Shown: piece after piece, positions 27,257 to 37,047 of the stretch | How the letters are laid out: each line of letters opens with the position of its first letter | Numbering within the stretch: position 1 is the first letter of the stretch | NCBI GenBank assembly: GCA_963674865.2 | Contig: CAXXYE010000011.1 | Coordinates: 1-64,000 of the forward strand | Direction: 5' to 3' | DNA: 64,000 nt | From: Candidatus Hydrogenedentota bacterium | GTDB taxonomy: Bacteria; Hydrogenedentota; Hydrogenedentia; Hydrogenedentales; SLHB01 | The notes under the pieces: generated by a model | Told to the model about the DNA's origin: nothing | The model's input: the letters and a program-made list of their open reading frames with translations, nothing else | Database searches by the model: none | Translations under genes and position numbers: made by a program

Positions 27257-30160
27257 CTATCTGGGCCGCGAGCCGGTGGCTCTGAGTTCATCCGGCACGC
27301 TTGAGTGACGAAGCCCTCCGTCGATGGCGGCATCCGTCAATTTGCGCAGTCTCTCGTCTTGAGGTCTTCGCCGCGAGCACCACTCGAGGTGCTTCCGGGC
27401 CTGGTCGAAATCTCGGGCCTTGAGGAAGCACTCTCCCAGCACGAGACGCGTGCGGAAGTGGGTGGAATCGCAGTGCATGGCCCGGCTAAGACAACGGAAG
27501 GTCTGCTCGAGCATGTCGACGTTCTGGTAGTGGTCGGCCGCCGACGTCCAGCTATCCGCGGCCTCCTTGCCCTTGAGGGTGGCGGCGTGTTCCTCGAACG
27601 CTCCGGCCAAATGGCTCTCCACGATCCGCGTTTCGTCCGGCAGGCCCGCTTTCTTGTAGTGGGCGTACATTACTTTGAGCGCCGCCAGATCGGGCTCGAA
27701 GAGTCCAAGCAACTGGGTAACCGGCAGTTCGCCGGCAAGAATATCGAGCAATTGTCTCTGACTGACCGGACCGGACGCGAAGGACGCTTTCCAGTAATCG
27801 TTCGAACGTTTCTGCGCTTCTTCGATCAGGCTTCTGTCGTTCCTGAGCTCGGCTCGCAGTTGGTTTGCCCGGGAACTGAGTTCGGCCTGATTGATTTCAC
27901 CGGTTAGGAAGGCGGTTTTTAGAGCCTCTTCAGACTCTTGCATCGCCTTAACGCGGTCCTGGGCGACGACGCCCGCAATACAGAGCACGTCGCCGTGAAA
28001 GGGTCGCACGGCAAGAGCCTGTTCGATATACGCGGCCCGGGCGGGCATTTCGGCTTGCGGTCCATCCAGAAATGCGAATTGTATCAGGGGCAGGTAGGCT
28101 TCTCCCTGCAAGGGACACAGAGCGACGGCTTGACGCGCGTGTTGAATTACTCCGACCAGAAATTCGTAGCGCGGTCCCAGCGCGGCCGATGCCCAGCGCA
28201 TGGCGTCGGCCGACGACTTGAAGGAGTTTGGGCGGTCCGGGGCGTAGGACGAGAGTACCACGCCGCGCAGGTCGTCGACGGACCCTTTCCAGTAGTCGCT
28301 CGATCGATTCCGGGCTTCGTCGCCTAACAGATCAACTTCGGAACCATGGTTGTCGAACAATTGATAATAGAGACCCGCAAGTCGGGCATGAGCGCGGGCG
28401 TGGGTGGGTTGCAGCCGGACGACGGTCGAAAGTTCCCTCGCCATCGACTTCAGCGAGTCGGCGCGGTCGGCGCCCTCGAGGTTGCGCGAGAGCTTCTCCT
28501 GAAGCAAATAGTTGTACCAATACGGTTCGGCCCGGGCAGCTCCAAGCCGGTCTTGCACCATACAAAAACCAGCCATCACTATGGAGCCGGCCGCGAACAA
28601 CCAAGCAGCACGAAGGGGGCCGCCGAGCGGCACGGGTACTCGGGCCCGGTCACGGGTAAGCTGGCACAAGCGACACGCACACGCCCCAAGGATAACCGGG
28701 GCGATCATGCATCCCGGTACATACCAGGTGAAGTCCCAGAAGGATTGCAGAAAGCAGGCCGTAAGAGTGGCCGAGATTGCTGCCATGCAGGCCATTACCC
28801 TCGCGTGTACCGAACGGAGCAGGGTTGCAGTGCACCAATACACCGAGAGCCCGATGGCAATCAGCACCAACGACAGGCCGGGCATGCCGGCCTCGAGGGG
28901 GACCTGCACGTAGCCGCTTTCGGCGTGGGTGTTTTCCTTGTGTCGCCAGTCTGGTTGATCGGAGAGGTACATCGAGTAGACGTGCCGATGACTGCCCAGC
29001 CCGGTACCCACCAGTCGGTAGTCCGCGGCACCGGCCATGTCGGCCTTCCAGAGCTTGCGTCGTATTTCGCCCTTGTCGAGTTCGGCCAGCGAGCCGAAAT
29101 CCTCCAACTCCGAGGACAGCATTTCGTACCCGAATATGCAAAGGCACGCTCCCACGAACAATCCGGCGCCGACCATACCCAAGAGAGCCCCTCGGCCCAA
29201 GAGAGAGCCGCGGTATAGAATCAACGCGCAAACCAGGGCTGCCAGGAACATGGCCAGGGCACCACCCCGAGATAACGACATCAGACCGATGAAGGCACAG
29301 CAGCCAACCAGCAAGACCTGCAGCCAGGTTCTGAAGTCAGTCGACTCGGCGTTGGGTCGAAAACGGTGTTTTCTCGCCGTCGGCCGCCGCCGTCTGCTTT
29401 GCCATCCATTGACCGCCCACCAGATCAGCGGCCCAATTCCCAGGGCAACGAACTGGGCGAAATGATTGCCGTTGGTGAAGCATCCGGTGACGATCCGGGA
29501 CGTTTCCGCATGCGGATACTCGAAGACCCAGAAGAACTTGCCGTTGCTGGTGCAGGACTGGACTATGGCGAAGCCTGCCACGGCCAGGGTGGAAAGGGCA
29601 ATCCAGCGCAACAAGCGTTCGACGTCCTCGATCCGGCGGACTCGCTGCACGGTGGTCATCAGCAGCAGCCCAAAAGCCAAGACTAGAATGAGCGTGGTTT
29701 GCGTGGCGCTAGGGGTGAACGACAAGGTCGTCCAGGCGCCCAGCGTCGCAGTGTCTTCGGCCCCGGCAGTCCAGGCGGGCAGGACCTCGTTCATGTGTGG
29801 AGAAAGCGTTTCCAATAGCGACGGGGGCAACGCGACCAGTTGCAGCCCGCCCAAGGCCAGGACGGCCACCAGCAGGAGAGAAATCGGGGAGCGAATCCAT
29901 GTGGCCTGACCGGCGAGGAACTGGTGCAGGCACCAACATACGGCGATCCAAAGCGTGAGGCAAACGAGGACTAGTTGTCCGGAAGCCGTGCGGCCGCCCA
30001 TGATGAAGGGCACAACGAAGATCAGGGCCGCAAACCCCGCATCTACGCACCCCAGCAGGAGCCTGCTGATCCGCGGGCCACCGGAAGGATGATCGTGTGT
30101 CCGCCGGGAATGCGACGAATGCGTCCGGTGCCTCGTATCGCTATTGCCGTCCATAGCCAT
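27257..30160 (-). CDS. O-antigen ligase family membrane protein with C-terminal TPR-like region
   Basis: Many TM helices; GCFTNGNHFAQ, SLSRGG, GTGLGS, HAESGYVQ...EAG. Confidence 0.82.
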   Translation of the reverse strand: MAMDGNSDTRHRTHSSHSRRTHDHPSGGPRISRLLLGCVDAGFAALIFVVPFIMGGRTASGQLVLVCLTLWIAVCWCLHQFLAGQATWIRSPISLLLVAVLALGGLQLVALPPSLLETLSPHMNEVLPAWTAGAEDTATLGAWTTLSFTPSATQTTLILVLAFGLLLMTTVQRVRRIEDVERLLRWIALSTLAVAGFAIVQSCTSNGKFFWVFEYPHAETSRIVTGCFTNGNHFAQFVALGIGPLIWWAVNGWQSRRRRPTARKHRFRPNAESTDFRTWLQVLLVGCCAFIGLMSLSRGGALAMFLAALVCALILYRGSLLGRGALLGMVGAGLFVGACLCIFGYEMLSSELEDFGSLAELDKGEIRRKLWKADMAGAADYRLVGTGLGSHRHVYSMYLSDQPDWRHKENTHAESGYVQVPLEAGMPGLSLVLIAIGLSVYWCTATLLRSVHARVMACMAAISATLTACFLQSFWDFTWYVPGCMIAPVILGACACRLCQLTRDRARVPVPLGGPLRAAWLFAAGSIVMAGFCMVQDRLGAARAEPYWYNYLLQEKLSRNLEGADRADSLKSMARELSTVVRLQPTHARAHARLAGLYYQLFDNHGSEVDLLGDEARNRSSDYWKGSVDDLRGVVLSSYAPDRPNSFKSSADAMRWASAALGPRYEFLVGVIQHARQAVALCPLQGEAYLPLIQFAFLDGPQAEMPARAAYIEQALAVRPFHGDVLCIAGVVAQDRVKAMQESEEALKTAFLTGEINQAELSSRANQLRAELRNDRSLIEEAQKRSNDYWKASFASGPVSQRQLLDILAGELPVTQLLGLFEPDLAALKVMYAHYKKAGLPDETRIVESHLAGAFEEHAATLKGKEAADSWTSAADHYQNVDMLEQTFRCLSRAMHCDSTHFRTRLVLGECFLKARDFDQARKHLEWCSRRRPQDERLRKLTDAAIDGGLRHSSVPDELRATGSRPR

Positions 30161-30669
30161 CGTATACGACCCCCTGAAATTCCGTTTGGCGGGAGTGAAG
30201 TGGTTTCCAACGCCACAACTACCTGACCCCTTTTTGAACCCTGCCCATTTTCGCACGTGAAGAGATAGCCTATGTCCGCGGATTATGTCAATGTCAGTTG
30301 ATACGGTAAGATGGAAAAGCCTTCCGTGAGATCCCCAAGACACCCAAGCTTTCCCACCTTGAAGTGGTTCTGCCGGCTCTCGACCCACAATAATGGTCCG
30401 CTGGTGCCTCATGCCCTCGTTCTGCGCCATGCCCCGTGGACTGGCATACTCACCCATCTTCCATACTCACCCATCTTCAATCGCGACGGGAAGGAGTGCC
30501 CGTCCTACGGGCTTCACGCCCAATTGGACCTTCAGAGGGGTGCAAACGCAGCCCCTACCCATTACACTGGCCAAGACGATCGCGCCTGGGCGTTCTTCCC
30601 GAGCATCAGCCGGAGACTTGCCCTGGGAACGATCCTGGTCGCGGCCCGAACCATTTGGGAGACCCAAAG

Positions 30670-31314
30670 ATGTTAACGCAGCTACTGTTGATTTTCCCTG
30701 GCCTGTTGTTGGCGGCCCCTGCCACGGACTCCGGTGAACTGTTCAAGGACGGCTTTGACGGGCGGCTGCAATCGGGATGGCAGTGGGTTCGAGAAGACAA
30801 GGACGGGTGGCGGATTCGCGACAACGAACTCCAGGTACACTCGCAATTCGGGCGAATCTGGGGCGGCAACAACGCCAAGAATCTGCTCCTGGTTGCCAAG
30901 CCGCTGAAGGCCGCCAAGATGGCGGCCAGCGTGAGCGTGGCTCATAAGCCGAAGGAGAAATACGAGCAGGCGGGCCCGCTCTGGTACGTCGACGACGACA
31001 ACTTCGTCAAGCTGATCAGCGAACAGATCGACGGCAAGATGTACGTCGTAACCGCTCGAGAGATCGAGGGACGCGGCAAGGTCGTCGGCAAGTTCGAGGT
31101 GCCCTCGGCCAATATTCAACTTCGTCTCAAGGTCGAATCGAACCGCATCACCGGTCAGTGGCGGCTCAAGGCAACCGACAAGTGGTCCGACGCGGGCAGT
31201 TGCGATTTCGTGTTCAAAGGCCAACCCCGTTTCGGTCTCTTCACCCAAAACGGCCCGGAGAACAAAGTTCGCTGGGTTCGGTTTGACGATTTCTTGGTGG
31301 AGGAGTTGAAGTAG
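30670..31314 (+). CDS. Secreted concanavalin-A-like (DUF1349 / beta-xylosidase C-terminal-like) protein
   Basis: Signal peptide; DGFDGRLQSGWQWVRE, YEQAG...YVDDDNFVKL. Confidence 0.65.
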   Translation: MLTQLLLIFPGLLLAAPATDSGELFKDGFDGRLQSGWQWVREDKDGWRIRDNELQVHSQFGRIWGGNNAKNLLLVAKPLKAAKMAASVSVAHKPKEKYEQAGPLWYVDDDNFVKLISEQIDGKMYVVTAREIEGRGKVVGKFEVPSANIQLRLKVESNRITGQWRLKATDKWSDAGSCDFVFKGQPRFGLFTQNGPENKVRWVRFDDFLVEELK

Positions 31315-31380
31315 GGCGAGGAGAGCCGGCACGTTTCTCGGCGTGGCAAGGTTGCAGAGTATTTTTTCCCCCGGATATAA

Positions 31381-31893
31381 ATGATGAAAACTGTGCCCGC
31401 GAAGACCGTCTATTTGGAGATGCTTGAACCGCCGGAGCAGGTGGCGGCGGCGCCGATCGAAGGCGTCGAGGTGATTTGGTCCAAGAGGCCCGAGATCGAG
31501 TTCTATCGGACGCTGTACGATCTGGTGGGCCGAGACTGGCATTGGCTGGAGAGGACGCGGATGACGGACGGTGAACTGAGCGCCATCATCCACGATGATC
31601 TGGTCGAGTTTCACGTGCTCTACGTCAACGGGGAACCGGCGGGGTTCTGCGAACTCGACTGCCGGACGCAGAACCAGGTTCAGGTGATGTACTTCGGCCT
31701 GGCGCCCCGGTTCATCGGACAAGGGCTGGGGAAGTACTTTTTGAACTGGGTGGCCCGCAAGGCCTGGTCGAAGGAACCGCAGAGGGTCTGGCTGCACACC
31801 TGCGACATGGATCATCAAGCCGCGCTGCCAAACTACAAGAAAGCCGGGTTCGTGGTTTTCGACGAGAAGACAATCGACCACGTAATCGCGTAG
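31381..31893 (+). CDS. GNAT family acetyltransferase
   Basis: YFGLAPRFIGQGLGKY, RVWLHTCDMDHQAALPNYKKAGF. Confidence 0.9.
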   Translation: MMKTVPAKTVYLEMLEPPEQVAAAPIEGVEVIWSKRPEIEFYRTLYDLVGRDWHWLERTRMTDGELSAIIHDDLVEFHVLYVNGEPAGFCELDCRTQNQVQVMYFGLAPRFIGQGLGKYFLNWVARKAWSKEPQRVWLHTCDMDHQAALPNYKKAGFVVFDEKTIDHVIA

Positions 31894-31938
31894 CGCCAGC
31901 GCGGAAGCTCCAGCGATATCGCGGCTGACCTATGCGTA

Positions 31939-33006
31939 CTACCCCCAGATGCCTTCCTCGTCGGCCATGGGCAGATCGACCGGCCGGCCCAACCTGTCGG
32001 ACTTGTACATCGCCAGGGCCAGTTCCAAGGTAGGTCGAACGGCCCGACAGGGGATCACCACCTCGCGGTTTTGGGCGATGGCGTCGACACAATCGTCGAT
32101 CACTATCTGATGGTCGATGCTGGCCAGGGCGGTGGGCGAACTCCCGGCCGTGGCCTGCTCGGCGTCGCCGGCTCCGCGGATCGTCTCGTCCTCGGGTAGT
32201 TCGTCCTGAAATTTCCAGAGGGTGAACGCGGCTCCCTCCATGATGGCGGCCCCCTTTTCTCCATAGATCTCGATGCGGACATCGGTGCCGGGCCAAAGGG
32301 CCGTGCTGGCATTGACCGATCCGACCGCGCCGTTTTTGAATCTGATCGAGGTCTCGAGAGTGTCTTCGAGTTCCACGTCGGGGTGGGCCAGATTACACAT
32401 TTGGGCCTGGACGGACTCGGCCTGGCCGGCCAGATACGCCACGAGGTCGATGTAATGGAAGGCGTGCTGGATGGTCACGCCGGCCCCGCTGCGGCGCTGG
32501 GAACGCCAGGCGTCGGTAAGGTAATACTCGGTCGAGCGGAACCATTTCATCACGGCATCGGCCCTCAGCAGCCGGCCGAAGCGGCCCTGTTCGATCGCTC
32601 TCTTGATCTGTTGGATCGGTTCGCGGACGCGGCATTGGACGAAGATCCCGAACTTGCGATCCGCCGCGTCGCAGGCCTCGATCATGCGGTCGGTGTCGGC
32701 CAGCGACATGGCGGGCGGCTTCTCGCAGAGGACGTGTTTGCCGGCGGCCGCCGCGGCCAGCACGGCGTCGGCGTGCAAGTGGTTGGGCGTGACGATACTG
32801 ACGACCTCAACTTTGGGATCGGCCAGCATGTCGTCCAGCTTGGTGTAGACCTTGGCAGCGGGGGCATGGTCGGCGGCCAGTTTCGCAGCCCGATCTTGGG
32901 CCACGTCGCAGACGGCGACGAGGTCGGCCTTCTGCGAGTTTTTCAGAGCGTCGCCGTGGAGGCCGGAAATCATGCCGGCGCCGAGGATTCCGAATCCGAT
33001 TGTCAT
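31939..33006 (-). CDS. Gfo/Idh/MocA oxidoreductase
   Basis: FGILGAGMIS, TPNHLH, HVLCEKP, GAGVTIQHAFHYID. Confidence 0.92.
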   Translation of the reverse strand: MTIGFGILGAGMISGLHGDALKNSQKADLVAVCDVAQDRAAKLAADHAPAAKVYTKLDDMLADPKVEVVSIVTPNHLHADAVLAAAAAGKHVLCEKPPAMSLADTDRMIEACDAADRKFGIFVQCRVREPIQQIKRAIEQGRFGRLLRADAVMKWFRSTEYYLTDAWRSQRRSGAGVTIQHAFHYIDLVAYLAGQAESVQAQMCNLAHPDVELEDTLETSIRFKNGAVGSVNASTALWPGTDVRIEIYGEKGAAIMEGAAFTLWKFQDELPEDETIRGAGDAEQATAGSSPTALASIDHQIVIDDCVDAIAQNREVVIPCRAVRPTLELALAMYKSDRLGRPVDLPMADEEGIWG

Positions 33007-33053
33007 TGGGAGATCCTGTTGGGCTGGTTGTTAGTGAGCCGGTTGGTGTCAGG

Positions 33054-34088
33054 TTAGGGGTGGAGGATGACTTTGAGGGCCCGGAGGGCTTCGATTTCCG
33101 CGAAGGCTTGTTCCCAGTCCGCAAGCGGCAGGCGGTGGGTGATGACTTCCTGGGCGGGGATCCGGCCGCTGGCGATCAGGTGGATGGTGCGATCCCAACT
33201 GGTGTAGCTGGTGGAGAGGCAGAAGTGGATGTCGGCCACTTTGAAGGCGGCCTGTTCCCAGGGGAAGTCGACGTTCTTGCCGCCGGTGAGCCCGATCGCA
33301 CAGATTCGCCCCTTCTTGCGAATTAGTCCCACGGAGGCAACGATCGCGGCCGGCGCACCGGAACACTCGACCACCAGATCGGCGCCCACCCCGCCGGTGA
33401 GATCCATTACGGCCTGCTGGACGTCGTCCTGAGCCACGTTGAGGACCGTCTCGAAGCCGAGTTGGCGAGCCTTATCCAGACGGAGTCCCACGTCGGGCGG
33501 GGCGCCCACCATGACGACGTGACGAGCACCGGCGGCTCGGGCGGTCAGGCCGGCCAAAAGGCCGATCGGCCCCGGGCCCAGCACCACGACGAAATCGCCC
33601 GCCGTAACGCCGGCTCGTTCGAGGACGTCGTGTACGGTGTTGGCGGTCGGCTCGACCACGGCCGCCGTGTCGAAGTCCATTTCGTCGGGGATGCGGTGGA
33701 GGAGTTGCTCGGGCATCACCAGGTACTTGGCCATCGAGCCATGGATGCCCCAGCCGGGGCTCCGCTTCTGGGCACATATCTGGACGTTGCCGGTGCGGCA
33801 GAGATAGCACTGGCCGCAGTGCCGGGTGTGCGGTTCCCCGACGACGCGGTCGCCCTCGGAGTAGTGTTTGCAGTCGGCCCCGGTCTCGACGATCACGCCG
33901 GCGAACTCATGTCCCAGGATCACGGGCGGCCAGTAGGGGAAACGGTCGTGCTTGACGTGGACGTCGGTCCCGCAGATCCCGCTGGAGTGGATCTCGATCA
34001 GGACTTGACCGGCGCCGGGGGTGGGCTCGGGCATGTCCATCAGGCGAAGGTGGCCGACGCCTTTTTCGGTTTTGACGAGGGCTTTCAT
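33054..34088 (-). CDS. Zn-dependent alcohol/polyol dehydrogenase (sorbitol/threonine DH-like)
   Basis: GICGTDVH, GHEFAG, CGQCYLC..C, GPGPIG. Confidence 0.92.
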   Translation of the reverse strand: MKALVKTEKGVGHLRLMDMPEPTPGAGQVLIEIHSSGICGTDVHVKHDRFPYWPPVILGHEFAGVIVETGADCKHYSEGDRVVGEPHTRHCGQCYLCRTGNVQICAQKRSPGWGIHGSMAKYLVMPEQLLHRIPDEMDFDTAAVVEPTANTVHDVLERAGVTAGDFVVVLGPGPIGLLAGLTARAAGARHVVMVGAPPDVGLRLDKARQLGFETVLNVAQDDVQQAVMDLTGGVGADLVVECSGAPAAIVASVGLIRKKGRICAIGLTGGKNVDFPWEQAAFKVADIHFCLSTSYTSWDRTIHLIASGRIPAQEVITHRLPLADWEQAFAEIEALRALKVILHP

Positions 34089-34137
34089 TGGCGTGATCCC
34101 TTCGGTTTCATGCATATCGAATCATCTCGCCGGGCTC

Positions 34138-34282
34138 CTAGTTGGAGAGCGCCATTTTGGCCCGAATCCGCGGCGTTCGCCACACTAACCGGAAGCGCAA
34201 GCGAGGGAAGCAGTCGCTGGTTTCCCTCTCCTCGCTTGCGCTTCGGGTTAGTGGGGGCGCCAAAGTGGCACTGTTCAACTAG
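34138..34282. mobile_element. ~145-bp MITE-like element bounded by CTAG, carrying an internal REP pair
   Basis: Left CTAGTTGGAGAGCGCCATTTTGG vs reverse complement of right end CTAGTTGAACAGTGCCACTTTGG (19/23). Inside: CACTAACCGGAAGCGCAAGCGAGG...CCTCGCTTGCGCTTCGGGTTAGTG. Confidence 0.7.
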
Positions 34283-35520
34283 CCACACCAGCCGGCCGCG
34301 AAATCGCACAGTACGCATCCGGCCTTGGCTATCTCGTCCAGGGCGATCTGTTCCTCGTTGGTGTGAGCGTAGGCCAGGGTGCCGGGGCCGTAGACCACGG
34401 CGGGAATTCCCAACTGGTTGTTGTAGAACCACGAATCGCAGGAGGCCGTCATGGCGTCGACTTCGACGGGCAACTCCCACTGGCCGCAGGCCTGTTTGAG
34501 GGCTCGCACCAGATCATGTTCCGGGTCGAGCACGTGGCTGTCGTGGCGGTACATGAACTCGAGTTGGACGCGATCCTTGAGCCGCGAATCGCCGCAATTG
34601 TCCAACGCCAAGCGGACCTCGTCCATCACCTGGTATCGCGTCTTGTTGGGCAAGAGTCCGAGCACCCCCTCGACCACGGCCCGCGCCGGAGCGATGGCCG
34701 GCCAGACGCCCGCCTCACAACGGCCGAAGGTGATCGGCATTGGGTTTTCGTAGGCGTCAAACAGCGGGATTCCCCGCGATGCGGCCAGGAGATCGGCGTG
34801 GTAACCTTCGAGCACGTCCATCGCCTTTCTGGCGAGGGTCAGGGCGCTGACGGTGTCGCCGGCCCGGCCCGAGTGTCCCGGCTTGCCTTGGCAGAGGATG
34901 CGAAACCAGACGGCCCCGCGGACGCTGCTGTAGATCTTGTTGGTGGTGGGCTCCATCACCACGCAGGCGTCGGCCTCTTCGCCGGCCCGAACCATGGCCA
35001 GGGTGCCGTTGCCGCCGTTTTCCTCTTCATTGACTATATGGGCGATCAGGTCTCCGGCCAGCGGCAGGTTCAGTCTCTTGAGGACGGCGAGAACCAGGTA
35101 GATGGCGGCCACCTGCCCCTTGGCGTCGCAGGCGCCGCGGCCGTGGATCACGCCGTCAATCTCTTGGGGCTCGAAAGGTTTCTCTTGACCTTGCGAAGGC
35201 GGGACGACGTCGACGTGCGAGTTGAGCAAGAGGCGTTTGCCGCCGCCGGTTCCAGGCAGGCAGAGCCGGAGGTTGAAGCGACCGTCGTAGTCGATATTCG
35301 CGATCGGGCTGGAGTAGTCCTCGTCGTCCTTGAGGGCGTTGGAAAGCGGCACGCGGCAGACCTCGACGCCGAGCCGCTCGAAGGCACCCTCGGCCCAGCA
35401 GATCAGGTCGTGCTCTTTGCCGGACGTGGACGGAAACGAAATCAGCTTGCAGAGAAACTCCGCGGCGGACGGCATCAGTTCGTCGACGGCGTTGCGAATC
35501 GTGTCCTGGTTGGGCTGCAT
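34279..35520 (-). CDS. M20 family metallo-amidohydrolase (ArgE/DapE-like deacylase)
   Basis: LLNSHVDVVP, GRGACDAKG, NEEENGG, EPT, GHS, AHTNEE. Confidence 0.9.
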   Translation of the reverse strand: MQPNQDTIRNAVDELMPSAAEFLCKLISFPSTSGKEHDLICWAEGAFERLGVEVCRVPLSNALKDDEDYSSPIANIDYDGRFNLRLCLPGTGGGKRLLLNSHVDVVPPSQGQEKPFEPQEIDGVIHGRGACDAKGQVAAIYLVLAVLKRLNLPLAGDLIAHIVNEEENGGNGTLAMVRAGEEADACVVMEPTTNKIYSSVRGAVWFRILCQGKPGHSGRAGDTVSALTLARKAMDVLEGYHADLLAASRGIPLFDAYENPMPITFGRCEAGVWPAIAPARAVVEGVLGLLPNKTRYQVMDEVRLALDNCGDSRLKDRVQLEFMYRHDSHVLDPEHDLVRALKQACGQWELPVEVDAMTASCDSWFYNNQLGIPAVVYGPGTLAYAHTNEEQIALDEIAKAGCVLCDFAAGWCG

Positions 35521-35533
35521 GGGTGTTCCTTTC

Positions 35534-36850
35534 TCACAACGAGAGCAATACTTTTTCCATGATGTCGCAACTCTCGTGGACCTCGGCCTCGCCGATCACC
35601 AGGGGCGGGGCCACGCGGATGACGTTTCCGAAGATCCCGACCGAGCCGACCAGGAGGCCGTTGGCGGCGCAGGTGTCGATGATCGGGCGGATCAACTCGG
35701 GGGCCGGCTGCTTGGTCTTCTTGTCCTTGACGAACTCCAGGCCCATCACCAGTCCACGGCCGCGGACGTCGCCCAGGTATTTGCATTTCTCCTGGATTTG
35801 TCGGAGTCGCTCCATGATCAGGGCACCCTGCTTGACGGCGTTCTCGGCGAGCTTTTCCTTCTGCATGATTTCGAGCACGGCTATCACCGCGGCGCTGCCG
35901 ACGGGGTTGCCGCCGGCGGTGCTGCTCATCTCGCCTTTGGCGAGGCAGCCGAAGACGTCGCTGGTGCCCGCAATCGCCGAGACGGGATAGCCGGAGCCGA
36001 TGCCCTTGCCGATACACATCAGATCGGGCGTGAGCCCTTCCTGGGTGTGTGCCCATTGAGAGCCGGTGCGGCCGTAGCTTGACTGGACCTCGTCGACCGT
36101 GAACAGCAGGCCTCGATCGTGGGCCCAGTCTTCAAGTCGTTTGAGATATCCGGCCGGCGGAAAGATGAATCCGGCGGCGCCCTGGTAGGGTTCGACCACT
36201 ATGCCGGCCAGGCTGTTGCAGGAACTGGCCCGGACCTCGTCGTCGAGGGCTTCGAGGTGCTTGTCGGCGCACTCTTCTTCGGTGCTGGAGCCGAACCGGC
36301 AGCGGTAGAAGTAGGGGAAGGGCGCTCGAATAACGCCCGCCATCGCCGGGCCGTAGCCCCGTTTGGGACCTCCCATGCCGCCGATCGAGGCCGCGGCGTA
36401 TGTGCGTCCGTGGAAACCACCGTGGAAGCCGATGATTTCGAAGCCGCCGGTCTTTCGCTTCATGATGCGGACGGCGGCCTCGACGGCCTCGCTTCCCGTC
36501 GAGAGGAAGAAGCACTTGTCCATGTGGGGAGGCAGGGCGTCGACCAACTTCTCGGCCGCCAGAACGCGATAGCGGCTGGGGCACTCGTAGTTGTTCAACA
36601 ACCGCCGCGAGGACTGCTGCACGGCTTCGACCAGATGAGGATGGGCGTGGCCGACGTTGGTCACCAACACGCCGCTGGTCCAGTCGAGAAACGTGTTTCC
36701 GTCGACGTCGGTCACGGTGCAACCGCGTCCCTCTTCCCAAACGATGGCCGCCTGATAGCCGGTCGAATCGGCCTCGACTTTGAGCCAGCGGTCGATCAGT
36801 TCTTTGGAGTTGGGGCCGGGGACGGGGGTCTTCAGGTTGACTATGGGCAT
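35534..36850 (-). CDS. Class III PLP aminotransferase (GabT-like)
   Basis: DVDGNTFLD, STGSEAVEAA, FHGRT, DEVQSSYGRTG, GKGIGSG. Confidence 0.92.
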   Translation of the reverse strand: MPIVNLKTPVPGPNSKELIDRWLKVEADSTGYQAAIVWEEGRGCTVTDVDGNTFLDWTSGVLVTNVGHAHPHLVEAVQQSSRRLLNNYECPSRYRVLAAEKLVDALPPHMDKCFFLSTGSEAVEAAVRIMKRKTGGFEIIGFHGGFHGRTYAAASIGGMGGPKRGYGPAMAGVIRAPFPYFYRCRFGSSTEEECADKHLEALDDEVRASSCNSLAGIVVEPYQGAAGFIFPPAGYLKRLEDWAHDRGLLFTVDEVQSSYGRTGSQWAHTQEGLTPDLMCIGKGIGSGYPVSAIAGTSDVFGCLAKGEMSSTAGGNPVGSAAVIAVLEIMQKEKLAENAVKQGALIMERLRQIQEKCKYLGDVRGRGLVMGLEFVKDKKTKQPAPELIRPIIDTCAANGLLVGSVGIFGNVIRVAPPLVIGEAEVHESCDIMEKVLLSL

Positions 36851-36860
36851 GGGAGTATTG

Positions 36861-36910
36861 GTTAGTTGGTTAGTTGTTGGTGGTTAGTTGTTGGTGGTTA
36901 GTTGTTGGTG
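36861..36910. repeat. Heptamer tandem repeat (GTTAGTT/GTTGGTG alternation)
   Basis: gttagtt ggttagtt gttggtg gttagtt gttggtg gttagtt gttggtg. Confidence 0.8.
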
Positions 36911-36991
36911 GGCTGTGAGCAGTCGGGGAATGTGTCGCACCTTCGGTTCACGACATGGCTGGGGCTGACGCTCTACAACTCGCATCGCAAC

Positions 36992-37047
36992 GCTCAAAGC
37001 TCAAGGCTCGTTGCTCACGGCTCATTGCTCAAGGCTCACCGCTTATT
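36992..37047. repeat. Heptamer tandem repeat GCTCNNN x8
   Basis: gctcaaa gctcaag gctcgtt gctcacg gctcatt gctcaag gctcacc gcttatt. Confidence 0.8.
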
